Source: a virus
Lineage: Duplodnaviria > Caudoviricetes
Virus record (IMG/VR): IMGVR_UViG_3300043694_000009
Location: 1 to 27,442 of that record
Direction: 5' to 3' (one strand)
DNA length: 27,442 nt
Part shown: positions 7,906 through 15,409 of the stretch, piece after piece
Numbering within the stretch: position 1 is the first letter of the stretch
Layout: each line of letters begins with the position of its first letter
Notes under the pieces: generated by a model
Databases searched by the model: none
What the model was told of the DNA's origin: nothing
The model's input: the letters and a program-made list of their open reading frames with translations, nothing else
Made by a program: the position numbers and the translations under genes

Positions 7906-8048
7906 AGGAGCATGGGTGTGACAAAGAAAGACAAGACTAAAGATTGGCCTTGGGGTGGAAAGAAGGGCAAATAGCTCTTAATCGCCAGTTTGTTGCAATC
8001 CAAATCTAATCCAACTGAGCCAGCGCAGTGGTGCGTTGAGCGGTGTCA

Positions 8049-8435
8049 CTATTCTAAGATATTCCCTTTTGGCTTCAATTGCCTCTCTGAAATGCCTATC
8101 TTCAAATCTAAACATCTCTGACTATGGTATTGATGCCACTCTATGATCTGGCAGCATAGGAAATAATTGCCGGTGTTACAGTAGAGCGCCAGTGTTACAA
8201 AATGAATATCGATCCCCCACCAATCCCAGAAATCCCTTTCATCTTGCTCATGCTGGACGCGGTGATGCTGGTTGCATAATGGGGCGCAGAACCAATCGGG
8301 TGGCTTCTTGCCCTTGGCCTGCTGGTGCGCAAGGCGAGGCTCATTGAAGCGCACATGAGCGCATTGGGTCTGGATCGAATCGCCGCAGATGACGCAAGGC
8401 AAAGTCCGAATGAAAGCTTGATGCTTACTCGCCAT
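8049..8435 (-). CDS. DUF968/HNH-like putative nuclease
   Basis: HQAFIRTLPCVICG..AHVR...KPPDWFCAPLCNQHH..QH Zn/His pattern. Confidence 0.8.
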   Translation of the reverse strand: MASKHQAFIRTLPCVICGDSIQTQCAHVRFNEPRLAHQQAKGKKPPDWFCAPLCNQHHRVQHEQDERDFWDWWGIDIHFVTLALYCNTGNYFLCCQIIEWHQYHSQRCLDLKIGISERQLKPKGNILE

Positions 8436-8709
8436 CGGGCTTTGGCTCCCACCGGGAGCAAGACGGGTCTTTCAATCGGATGTCGGTCCCCGGACCATGC
8501 GTCCATCGCAACAGGCCGCATTTATAAAACCGCTTGGAATACTGCGCATTGCACTCAAGGTGCTTGCAGCTTCCGCAAGTCTCCCCTCTTGGCCCCGGCA
8601 GACTCGATGCTCGACCATTGCTTTTTGGCACCCGGTGGAACAACGCCTTGCGCTCCGCAGGAGTCAGCATCCGGTCGAGCTTCATCAATGCGAACAGGTC
8701 TTTAGTCAT
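8425..8709 (-). CDS. Cys-rich hypothetical protein
   Basis: TCGSCKH...KCGL...SCSRW; overlaps both neighbours. Confidence 0.7.
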   Translation of the reverse strand: MTKDLFALMKLDRMLTPAERKALFHRVPKSNGRASSLPGPRGETCGSCKHLECNAQYSKRFYKCGLLRWTHGPGTDIRLKDPSCSRWEPKPDGE

Positions 8710-8920
8710 CTTTGAAGGGTGATCCGCCCAAGCTCATCTCTTCGCGGTAGTCATCCTTGTCCTTTTGGAGGTTCGTGGACAATCTCGGCTCGCAATCCAT
8801 CGGCATGAAGCTGATGCCGTATCTGATCCCCTGAGCCTCAAGGTGCGCGGTGTATTCGCCGCGCTGCTCCGGAGTCCACTGCGACCAGAGATAGCCATCG
8901 ATCCAATAAATCTGGGTCAT
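8702..8920 (-). CDS. Hypothetical protein
   Basis: MTQIYWIDG...; GGGG upstream of ATG 8920 is supplied by one copy of the repeat. Confidence 0.55.
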   Translation of the reverse strand: MTQIYWIDGYLWSQWTPEQRGEYTAHLEAQGIRYGISFMPMDCEPRLSTNLQKDKDDYREEMSLGGSPFKDD

Positions 8921-9048
8921 GGAATACCCCAAATCAGAGTAAACTTATTCTATCAAAGAATACCCCAGATAGGAATACCCCAAGGATAGAATACCGCTGG
9001 CAAGGAATACCGCAGATAGGAATACCGCAAGCATGGAATACCCCATGC
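8921..9048. repeat. Seven copies of GAATACC(C/G)C, iteron-like array
   Basis: Copies start at 8922, 8958, 8973, 8989, 9005, 9020 and 9036 (spacing 36, 15, 16, 16, 15, 16). Confidence 0.9.
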
Positions 9049-9137
9049 ACAGCTTGGGCCGAGGTCCGCGCGGGCGCGCAAAAAACGCGGCGAGGCCGAA
9101 GCCTGCCGCGCCGAATCGATGCCACACAGCTTTTCCC

Positions 9138-9509
9138 CTATTGCTTGACCGGCATTCCGTTGTCATCAATCGCCATGCCTTCCGGTATGGCGATGGAATG
9201 CTTTTCGAGCATGTCCCGGCCATCCATTAGTGCCCATTGGCTGTAGATAATCCAGGGCAATGCCTTGCCGTAGGCCATCGCAGCCTCTTTGGTTTCGTGC
9301 TTGGTATGATCGAGGCGCAAGCCGTCCTGCCGCCACGCGACGACATCATGCCGTCGCGGGTTTGCTGTCGGCAAAGTCACTGGCGGTTCCTTTTGCGGTC
9401 CGCCAGTTTTTAGTTGCTGCTGTAGTTCGCTCGTTTGCTTGTGGATTGATTTGATCGCATTGCGCGTCATCTCAAGCCGCAAGGCTTTGTCTGTGTCAAA
9501 GTCAATCAT
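9138..9509 (-). CDS. Hypothetical early protein
   Basis: 123 aa from ATG 9509 (MIDFDTDK) with AAGGGGG RBS. Confidence 0.7.
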   Translation of the reverse strand: MIDFDTDKALRLEMTRNAIKSIHKQTSELQQQLKTGGPQKEPPVTLPTANPRRHDVVAWRQDGLRLDHTKHETKEAAMAYGKALPWIIYSQWALMDGRDMLEKHSIAIPEGMAIDDNGMPVKQ

Positions 9510-9511
9510 GC

Positions 9512-9561
9512 TAACCCCCTTCCAGTGGCAAATTGCCAAACGCCCCGCGACTTAGCGGGGC
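9512..9561 (-). promoter_or_regulatory. Repeated early-gene leader element, copy 1
   Basis: TAACCCCCTTcCAGTGGCAaatTGCCAAACGC followed by hairpin GCCCCGC-gactta-GCGGGGC. Confidence 0.6.
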
Positions 9562-9567
9562 AATGAG

Positions 9568-9795
9568 TTAACGAGCCAGCGGATCGTCTAAATGTGCGCC
9601 AACCATACTTTCAAAGCGGTGCGACCACCTTGCCCAAACTTTTGCGGTTTTGGTATCTTGCCAATTGACCGCAAGATGCTCCGATTTTAGATCGCAGATT
9701 TTTGCTAGAGCAAAAATCACATTGCGAATTCCGACTGTATCGACATAGCCTTCCAATTGCGTGAAAGCCTCAGAACCTTCCTCGAAAAAAGCCAT
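9568..9795 (-). CDS. Hypothetical early protein
   Basis: 75 aa from ATG 9795 (MAFFEEGS) with AAGGGGG RBS. Confidence 0.7.
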   Translation of the reverse strand: MAFFEEGSEAFTQLEGYVDTVGIRNVIFALAKICDLKSEHLAVNWQDTKTAKVWARWSHRFESMVGAHLDDPLAR

Positions 9796-9797
9796 TG

Positions 9798-9868
9798 TAA
9801 CCCCCTTGCAGTGCCAGTATTGGCAAACGCGGCAAGCTGCCCGGACTGTGACCGGACTAGCCTGCCGC
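9798..9868 (-). promoter_or_regulatory. Repeated early-gene leader element, copy 2
   Basis: TAACCCCCTTgCAGTGCCAgtatTGGCAAACGC followed by a longer GCGGCA...TGCCGC hairpin. Confidence 0.6.
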
Positions 9869-9885
9869 AAGTAATTGAGAAAAAA

Positions 9886-10908
9886 CTAGGCCGCGACTTT
9901 GTCACGAACGAGCGGCATCAATAGGCTTGCCGCTTGCGCTTTCATCGCCGCGCCGGAACCAAACAAAGCCGAATCGAAACGGGCTGAGTCTGGATTGTCG
10001 CCGTTCCTGCTTGAACGGTCGTGGTCAACGTAACGGGTCACGGCATTGAAAGCAGTCCAAACCTTGCCGCGTTCCGTTCCTTCCTGCACTGTGGTTTGAT
10101 AAGCCTCGTTCAGCGCGTCGAATTGATTCTGCTTGCGCGTCGAGATGTCATCCCACTTTGCATTCTGATCGATGTCTAGCAGCGTCTTGAAGAGTTTGGA
10201 AACATCGCTGCTCGCCATCTCGACAACAGCCATCGCATCGCCCATCGCCTTGAAAGCTTCAAAGCTTTGAACGATAGCCGATAGCTGCTTGCCGACTGCA
10301 ACCGGATCAAACTTTGCATTGTGCATCATTCTGATTTCCGGTCCGCCATCGCCTTTGCCGCGAAGCCTGCCGCCCAATGCCGCCGCAGCGGTATTGTCGC
10401 AAACGACGCGGGTCATTGTTCCCTTGCCGATTGTGGCTTGAGAACCATCGAAGCTAGTTGAAGCAAGCAGATAAGCTTTGTGCGCCGATCCACCGACTTC
10501 CACTTCGCCATTGTATTGGGCATTGATCCAGATTCGTTTGCCGCCAGCGAGCGATCCCATTGTGTTAAGCTGGAATCGGTCATCCACCGCAACATAACGC
10601 GCCACGGTTTCGATGATTTCTTGCGGCTGAACGATCTTATAGGACGCATCCGAAACGTAGCCGATTTGGGCTAACGTGTCGTTTCGCGTCAAATAGGACC
10701 ATCCTGCAATCGCCTTCATTGAGCCATCAGGCAATTGCGTGAATGCTGGAGTCCGGAAGGCTTCCCAATCGAGGCCGGAAGCTTTGATCCAATCTTCTAA
10801 AGATTGGCCTTCCAGCATTCCGTTGCCTTCGCGGTGCCAGATGTCTTTGCGGTCGCCAGTGAATGCAAAGTTAACACGACCGTTCGACATATCGAGATTA
10901 GCTGACAT
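9886..10908 (-). CDS. DUF932-family phage/plasmid protein
   Basis: WHxxG, GLDW, YKIVQP, GSLAGGKRIW, LLASTSFDGS, RVVCDNT, WTAFNAVTRYVDH, SALFG.GA.MK. Confidence 0.9.
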   Translation of the reverse strand: MSANLDMSNGRVNFAFTGDRKDIWHREGNGMLEGQSLEDWIKASGLDWEAFRTPAFTQLPDGSMKAIAGWSYLTRNDTLAQIGYVSDASYKIVQPQEIIETVARYVAVDDRFQLNTMGSLAGGKRIWINAQYNGEVEVGGSAHKAYLLASTSFDGSQATIGKGTMTRVVCDNTAAAALGGRLRGKGDGGPEIRMMHNAKFDPVAVGKQLSAIVQSFEAFKAMGDAMAVVEMASSDVSKLFKTLLDIDQNAKWDDISTRKQNQFDALNEAYQTTVQEGTERGKVWTAFNAVTRYVDHDRSSRNGDNPDSARFDSALFGSGAAMKAQAASLLMPLVRDKVAA

Positions 10909-10910
10909 GG

Positions 10911-10989
10911 TATTGCCCCTTGATTGCAGCGGAACGCCGCTGCGCGATCACCTCGTTTGAAAGTGACAAACGCCGCTGACTTAAGCGGC
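10911..10989 (-). promoter_or_regulatory. Repeated early-gene leader element, copy 3 (diverged)
   Basis: CCCCTT (RBS on the minus strand), hairpin GCAGCGG-aacg-CCGCTGC, then CAAAC plus hairpin GCCGCT-gactta-AGCGGC. Confidence 0.5.
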
Positions 10990-11281
10990 TGTGAATTAAA
11001 AATCTAAGGGGGGTTTGCTGTGTGGCACTGGCTGGATTGTTTCAGCCTAATTAGTCCAGTGTCTTGACCGGGACCATGTGAGCCGCTGCGCGCCACTTAG
11101 GGTTCATCGCAAGAGCCTGCGGGGCCGATCTTCCGGGCTTGGTTCCGGTGCGCGGGCAGCGCGGTTTTTTGGGGTCGATCTCAACTCCGTTTCAAATTGA
11201 AGCCTCTTATCCCATAGGTCTAAAGCAATGTAAAGCTTTATTGTGGATGACAGTGCAGATATTTTATTGTCTAATAATCCC

Positions 11282-11479
11282 ATGAGCATAGATGACCTGA
11301 TGGAAGGCTTTGCGGACCGCGCCGTAATCGATGAAACGATTAACTATGGCGAGGCCGATCAATATGCAGTCGGGGAGTGTGACTGCTGTGGCGCGAAGGC
11401 TGTCGAGTTGGCGCGGGTTTGGTATGGCGGCATCTTGGAAACATGGGCCTGCCAACGCTGTCGAGACTATGTGCCTTAA
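11282..11479 (+). CDS. Small zinc-ribbon-like protein
   Basis: CDCC...CQRC; follows an AT-rich divergent region; start uncertain. Confidence 0.55.
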   Translation: MSIDDLMEGFADRAVIDETINYGEADQYAVGECDCCGAKAVELARVWYGGILETWACQRCRDYVP

Positions 11480-11512
11480 TTTCGCCACGCCACCAGGGCG
11501 CACGATTAACAG

Positions 11513-11968
11513 ATGAACCCGTCGCGCGACAAAGGATCGAGGCTTGAGCGGCTCATAGTCGGAATCTTCGATGCTGCCGGGATCGAGGCGCACAGAATTC
11601 CATTGAGCGGTGCCGTCGACGGCTTTGCTGGCGATGTCCGGTTGAAAGTAAACGGCAGGGTTTTGACCGGCGAGGCCAAGTCCCGTGGTGGTCGCTTCGG
11701 AAGCTTTTATCGATGGCTGGAAGGGAACGACTTCCTAGCCATCAAGCAGGACCGCTGCGAAGCCTTGATCGTGATGGAAGCTAGGAAGCTTGCGGCGTTG
11801 CTAGGCCAGATGCCTCACAGCGACCTAGCGAAGCCCGCCAGCAAGCCCCCGGACAACCCCTCACCAGATAGCCACCCAGACTTGAACGAAACCACAAGCA
11901 TTCCCTTTGAGACTGTAGAGCCTCAAGCAGTGCTGTTCAAAGCTGGTAAACCCACAGTCAGGGTCTAG
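11513..11968 (+). CDS. Holliday junction resolvase, Hjc-like PD-(D/E)XK
   Basis: SRDKGSRLER...RIPLSGA...GDV...GEAK...YRWLE..DFL.IKQDR. Confidence 0.88.
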   Translation: MNPSRDKGSRLERLIVGIFDAAGIEAHRIPLSGAVDGFAGDVRLKVNGRVLTGEAKSRGGRFGSFYRWLEGNDFLAIKQDRCEALIVMEARKLAALLGQMPHSDLAKPASKPPDNPSPDSHPDLNETTSIPFETVEPQAVLFKAGKPTVRV

Positions 11969-12081
11969 CTGTCAGAGCGGTTGCGGGGCTACCGCAGTGC
12001 AGCACAAGCCTGCTGCACCCCTCGCCCAACCCCTCTCGACTGTCCGAAGAATGGCTCTCTTCGAACAGTCACACTCAATCA

Positions 12082-12094
12082 TATCAATAGCTTA
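12082..12094 (+). promoter_or_regulatory. IHF consensus site
   Basis: TATCAAtagcTTA matches WATCAANNNNTTR and lies in an intergenic gap. Confidence 0.4.
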
Positions 12095-12250
12095 GAAGCT
12101 TCGTTCAGAATGCAATTGCTTGCGGTTGCAAGCTGCGCGCTGCGCGCATTGCCCCCACCGGGGCCGGGGGGCCGATGGGTCAGAGCTTTGTGAAACGTTG
12201 CGCCGCAACCCTCTTCCGCCCCCAAGGTTTTATGTGTTAAGACTTTACGC

Positions 12251-12532
12251 ATGAGAAGGCGCACACCGGAGCAGATGGGTTTAGGCGGTAGCTGTCCGGG
12301 CTGTGGGAAGCTTTATGCGCTGGTGGGGAGGGTGCATCGATGCGAGCCGATAAAGTCTATTTCTGCTGCGCCCGCTGTCGCGCCGCCTATTCCACCGTTA
12401 CCGAAAGAAACCTCAGCCCCTTTATCACCTACTGTCCGAGGTGCATTCGACCGCAAAGCGTACCAAAAGACCTACATGCGGGATTACATGAAGCGGTATC
12501 GCCAGAGAAAGCGCCATGAGCCTGCAACCTGA
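12251..12532 (+). CDS. Hypothetical protein (CxxC..HxC plus basic helix)
   Basis: CPGC...HRC; FDRKAYQKTYMRDYMKRYRQRK; overlaps the next gene. Confidence 0.7.
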   Translation: MRRRTPEQMGLGGSCPGCGKLYALVGRVHRCEPIKSISAAPAVAPPIPPLPKETSAPLSPTVRGAFDRKAYQKTYMRDYMKRYRQRKRHEPAT

Positions 12533-13037
12533 TTGTGTGAAGTATTTGCGCAATGCCCCGCAGGGATTGGCGCTTGAGTTTGGGGTCATGGGTGGAAGGT
12601 CGACAAGGCTATTGGCCGAAACCGGCAGATTGATTTATGGTTTTGATTGGTGGCGGGGGTTGCCGCACGATTGGGGGGATCACGAAAGCGGGGATCGCAG
12701 GCGAAGCTTCGCTTGTGCGAAGCCGGATGATCTTCCTGCGAATGTGATTCTGATCGACGGGCTATTCTCCGACACTTTGGAGCGTTTTCTGGGGGAGAAC
12801 GATGGGCCTGTGGGGTTCGCTCATATTGATTGCGACATCTACACCTCTTGCGCTCATGTGCTGCATTGCCTGTCTCTCCGGTGGGCACCCGGCGCAGTAA
12901 TTGTGTTTGACGATATTCGCCAAGAGGTCGTTGGGGAGAGAATTCCCGGCGAGCGCCGCGCTTGGAACAAGCACAACGCGGGCTGGAGCCTGTTGGAGCA
13001 GACCCACTCGGCGGGTGAGGTATGGAAAAAAAGCTGA
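12516..13037 (+). CDS. TylF/MycF-like class I SAM-dependent O-methyltransferase, paralog 1
   Basis: LEFGVMGG.S, YGFDWWRGLP, GLFSDTL, FAHIDCDIY.S, GAVIVFDD. Confidence 0.85.
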   Translation: MSLQPDCVKYLRNAPQGLALEFGVMGGRSTRLLAETGRLIYGFDWWRGLPHDWGDHESGDRRRSFACAKPDDLPANVILIDGLFSDTLERFLGENDGPVGFAHIDCDIYTSCAHVLHCLSLRWAPGAVIVFDDIRQEVVGERIPGERRAWNKHNAGWSLLEQTHSAGEVWKKS

Positions 13038-13633
13038 TTGCCGCCGAGGCGGGCTATTTGCATGACGGCAATGGCAACGGCTTCTGGGCGGTGCGCGAGG
13101 GGGCGGTTTGGCATATCACCGATACGGCGGCTTATATTCCCTTGGTCGATTGCGCGGCCAACGCACCCGGCATGATCCTGGAGTTTGGGGTGCGGGGCGG
13201 AACGACGATCAGGGAATTGGCGCAATCGGGTAAAGAAGTCCACGGCTTCGATTGGTGGAAGGGGCTACCCTATGAGTGGGATGAATTCTCCCCCAAAGGG
13301 GCCTGCCTCGCCCAAAAACCTTGTGATCTGCCGCAAAACGTGACGCTGCATGAGGGACTTTTTAGCGACACTCTTGCTGATTTTCTTAGGTGTCATCACG
13401 GTGCTGTGGGCTTGGCTCATCTCGACTGTGATCTGTACGCTGCTACGATTTACGTTCTGCACTGTCTTAGGGACCGATTTATCCCCGGCTCCCTGATTGC
13501 GTTCTCGGCCATGAGCCTGTTTCCCACTTTGTCGCAAAAGCGGGCATGGGAACTATTCTTGCAGGCTGCGGGGGAATCCTGGACTATGCTTGGCAAGCAT
13601 CACGCTTGGGGCGAGGTTTGGAGGAAGCAATGA
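13022..13633 (+). CDS. TylF/MycF-like class I SAM-dependent O-methyltransferase, paralog 2
   Basis: LEFGVRGG.T, HGFDWWKGLP, GLFSDTL, LAHLDCDLY; FSA replaces FDD. Confidence 0.85.
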   Translation: MEKKLIAAEAGYLHDGNGNGFWAVREGAVWHITDTAAYIPLVDCAANAPGMILEFGVRGGTTIRELAQSGKEVHGFDWWKGLPYEWDEFSPKGACLAQKPCDLPQNVTLHEGLFSDTLADFLRCHHGAVGLAHLDCDLYAATIYVLHCLRDRFIPGSLIAFSAMSLFPTLSQKRAWELFLQAAGESWTMLGKHHAWGEVWRKQ

Positions 13634-13845
13634 CCTTGGGCACAGACCGGGTGAGACTGAGCTTCAATCCATCGGCCAATACCGATGTCGAGAACATCAA
13701 GCAGAGAACGGCAGACTGCATCGATTGGTGCGAGGGCAAGCACAAAGAGCTTGGCCCCAACGATAACGAGCGGGCGAGATTGCTGGCTCTGGCCTGCACT
13801 GCCTTTGAGGAAGCCGCGATGTGGGCGGTGAAGGCTGTCACATGA
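13630..13845 (+). CDS. Acb2/Tad1-like helical-hairpin protein (putative immune-signal sponge)
   Basis: 71 aa from ATG 13630 (ATGA overlap): LG..RV..SFNPS...V..IK..A..ID...R.LALA.T.FEEAAMWAVKA.T. Confidence 0.7.
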   Translation: MTLGTDRVRLSFNPSANTDVENIKQRTADCIDWCEGKHKELGPNDNERARLLALACTAFEEAAMWAVKAVT

Positions 13846-14567
13846 AGCGATGGATTTATGCGCTGCTGGTGGTTGCCACATCGGCCTCACCGGCTTTTTC
13901 CGCCACCCGCGTTTGGCTGATGTACGGTCTGGGGGGCCAAGGCACCTCGACCGGCATCGATGAGATCGCCGCAAGGGCAAGACAGATTCCCGGTGTGGTG
14001 CAAGTCAATGTCCGCGAGTATTGGGACACAACGAGGATTTACAATGAAGTCCTGGCGGCTCCGGCTGGTGATCGAATTGTGCTTGGCGGCTATAGTTGCG
14101 GCGCTAACAGCGCAACTGTTGTCGCCCGCGCCCTGTGGCAAGTCGCCCGCAAGGTCAACACTATTGCTAATATCCAGATGAGCTTGTGGTGCGGTGGCGA
14201 TGCCCTGGAGAGTAATGTGACCTATGGGCAGTCGACTTATAACGCCGACTGCGCCCAAACCTTCGGCTTCGGCTGCAAGCCCTTGGAGCCTGCGCCTTCG
14301 TTCTTAGGCAAGATTGTCAATATCAACAGACCGGATTCGCATGGCTATGCCGACAATGACCCCGCCGCCCAACAAGATGTCTTGACGGCAATAGCCGCGA
14401 CATCTCTCTATGGCACTCGCCCGGTGGTCCCGCCCAGACCTGAGAGAAATTGCCGCTTTGCCTACACCACGATGCGCGGCGGCGCGGCGGTTTGCACCCG
14501 CACTCTGCCATCGGGGCGAACCATCACGGTGATCTTGCGGGGAAACCAGCAACTCCGCGCCCACTAA
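13842..14567 (+). CDS. Secreted alpha/beta hydrolase (cutinase/esterase-like)
   Basis: Signal peptide MKRWIYALLVVATSASPAFSA, oxyanion-like YGLGG, nucleophile elbow GYSCG, late His (DSH); ATGA overlap. Confidence 0.75.
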   Translation: MKRWIYALLVVATSASPAFSATRVWLMYGLGGQGTSTGIDEIAARARQIPGVVQVNVREYWDTTRIYNEVLAAPAGDRIVLGGYSCGANSATVVARALWQVARKVNTIANIQMSLWCGGDALESNVTYGQSTYNADCAQTFGFGCKPLEPAPSFLGKIVNINRPDSHGYADNDPAAQQDVLTAIAATSLYGTRPVVPPRPERNCRFAYTTMRGGAAVCTRTLPSGRTITVILRGNQQLRAH

Positions 14568-14609
14568 CTATTGCAATTTAAGTTTACTAATGTTAGCTAG
14601 GCGGCAGAC

Positions 14610-14879
14610 ATGAACAGCCGCGCCCTGTTTCCATTGGAATTCCAGAAACTCCTGGTCCTGAAAGGGACCAACAATGCTTATTTACAGAAAGCCATGGCAA
14701 GGCGAGGCTACCGCGTCACCAAGCAGTTCATCGGCTTGCTCGCCAACGGCCATCGTCGCGTTCCCGCCCAACAACTCAAACGAATGTGCGAAACGCTGTC
14801 TTGTTCGCCGGATGAGGCGCGACGGCTACATCGTGCCGCTTGCATCGATATGGGGTTCGACATTGGCGGAATCGACTGA
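14610..14879 (+). CDS. XRE-like HTH protein
   Basis: VTKQFIGLLANGHRRVPAQQLKRMCETL; follows an AT-rich promoter-like gap. Confidence 0.7.
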   Translation: MNSRALFPLEFQKLLVLKGTNNAYLQKAMARRGYRVTKQFIGLLANGHRRVPAQQLKRMCETLSCSPDEARRLHRAACIDMGFDIGGID

Positions 14880-15078
14880 CGCTCATACCTTCCATCCGAC
14901 CGTGATGTTCGGCTTCATGCCCGACCCCAAGGGCAAACAGGTGTTGTGCCAGATGTGGGTCAATGCGTTGGGCCTGACCGAATTCAGACCCGTCCCGATG
15001 GTCGAGTTGGACAAGAACCGCAAGCCTGCCGTGGCCGGGTACTTGGAGGAAACCGAGGACGAAAATGACACAGCTTGA
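14863..15078 (+). CDS. Hypothetical protein
   Basis: C-terminal part of ORF 14674-15078; likely TTG start at 14863 after GGGG; fills the operon gap. Confidence 0.55.
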   Translation: MAESTDAHTFHPTVMFGFMPDPKGKQVLCQMWVNALGLTEFRPVPMVELDKNRKPAVAGYLEETEDENDTA

Positions 15079-15409
15079 TATGTTTGTGCCGCCCAATGTG
15101 CGGCCCAATAATCCGTCGACCAGCCACCTCGCCGCCAATGCTCACCCGACCGTCCGGGGCAAAGACCGCATTGCCGCCCTCTTGATGCTGGCGACGTTTC
15201 CTTCCGGCCTGACCGACTACGAATTGGCCGATCTTATCAACCGCCAGCAGAATTCGGCGGGCAAACGGCGGCAGGAATTGCGCGACAACGGCCTTGTCGA
15301 AGAGACAACGGAGCGCCGCAAGGGACCGTCCGGTTCATTGTGCATCGTGTGGCGAATCAACGAGGCCGGGTTGCGCTTGGCGAAGGAAATCAATGAGCGA
15401 GATCGATAA
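15065..15409 (+). CDS. Winged-helix DNA-binding protein
   Basis: GLTDYELA...NSAGKRRQELRDNGLVE...IVWRI. Confidence 0.75.
   Translation: MTQLDMFVPPNVRPNNPSTSHLAANAHPTVRGKDRIAALLMLATFPSGLTDYELADLINRQQNSAGKRRQELRDNGLVEETTERRKGPSGSLCIVWRINEAGLRLAKEINERDR

Noticed and set aside
8921-9048. CRISPR array
   Set aside because: The repeat is only 9 nt with 6-7 nt spacers and no cas genes are present.
8934-9230. ORFs 8934-9125, 8945-9223 and 9033-9230 across the repeat array
   Set aside because: The 15/16-nt spacing is not a constant multiple of 3, the translations are low-information and there is no clear RBS.
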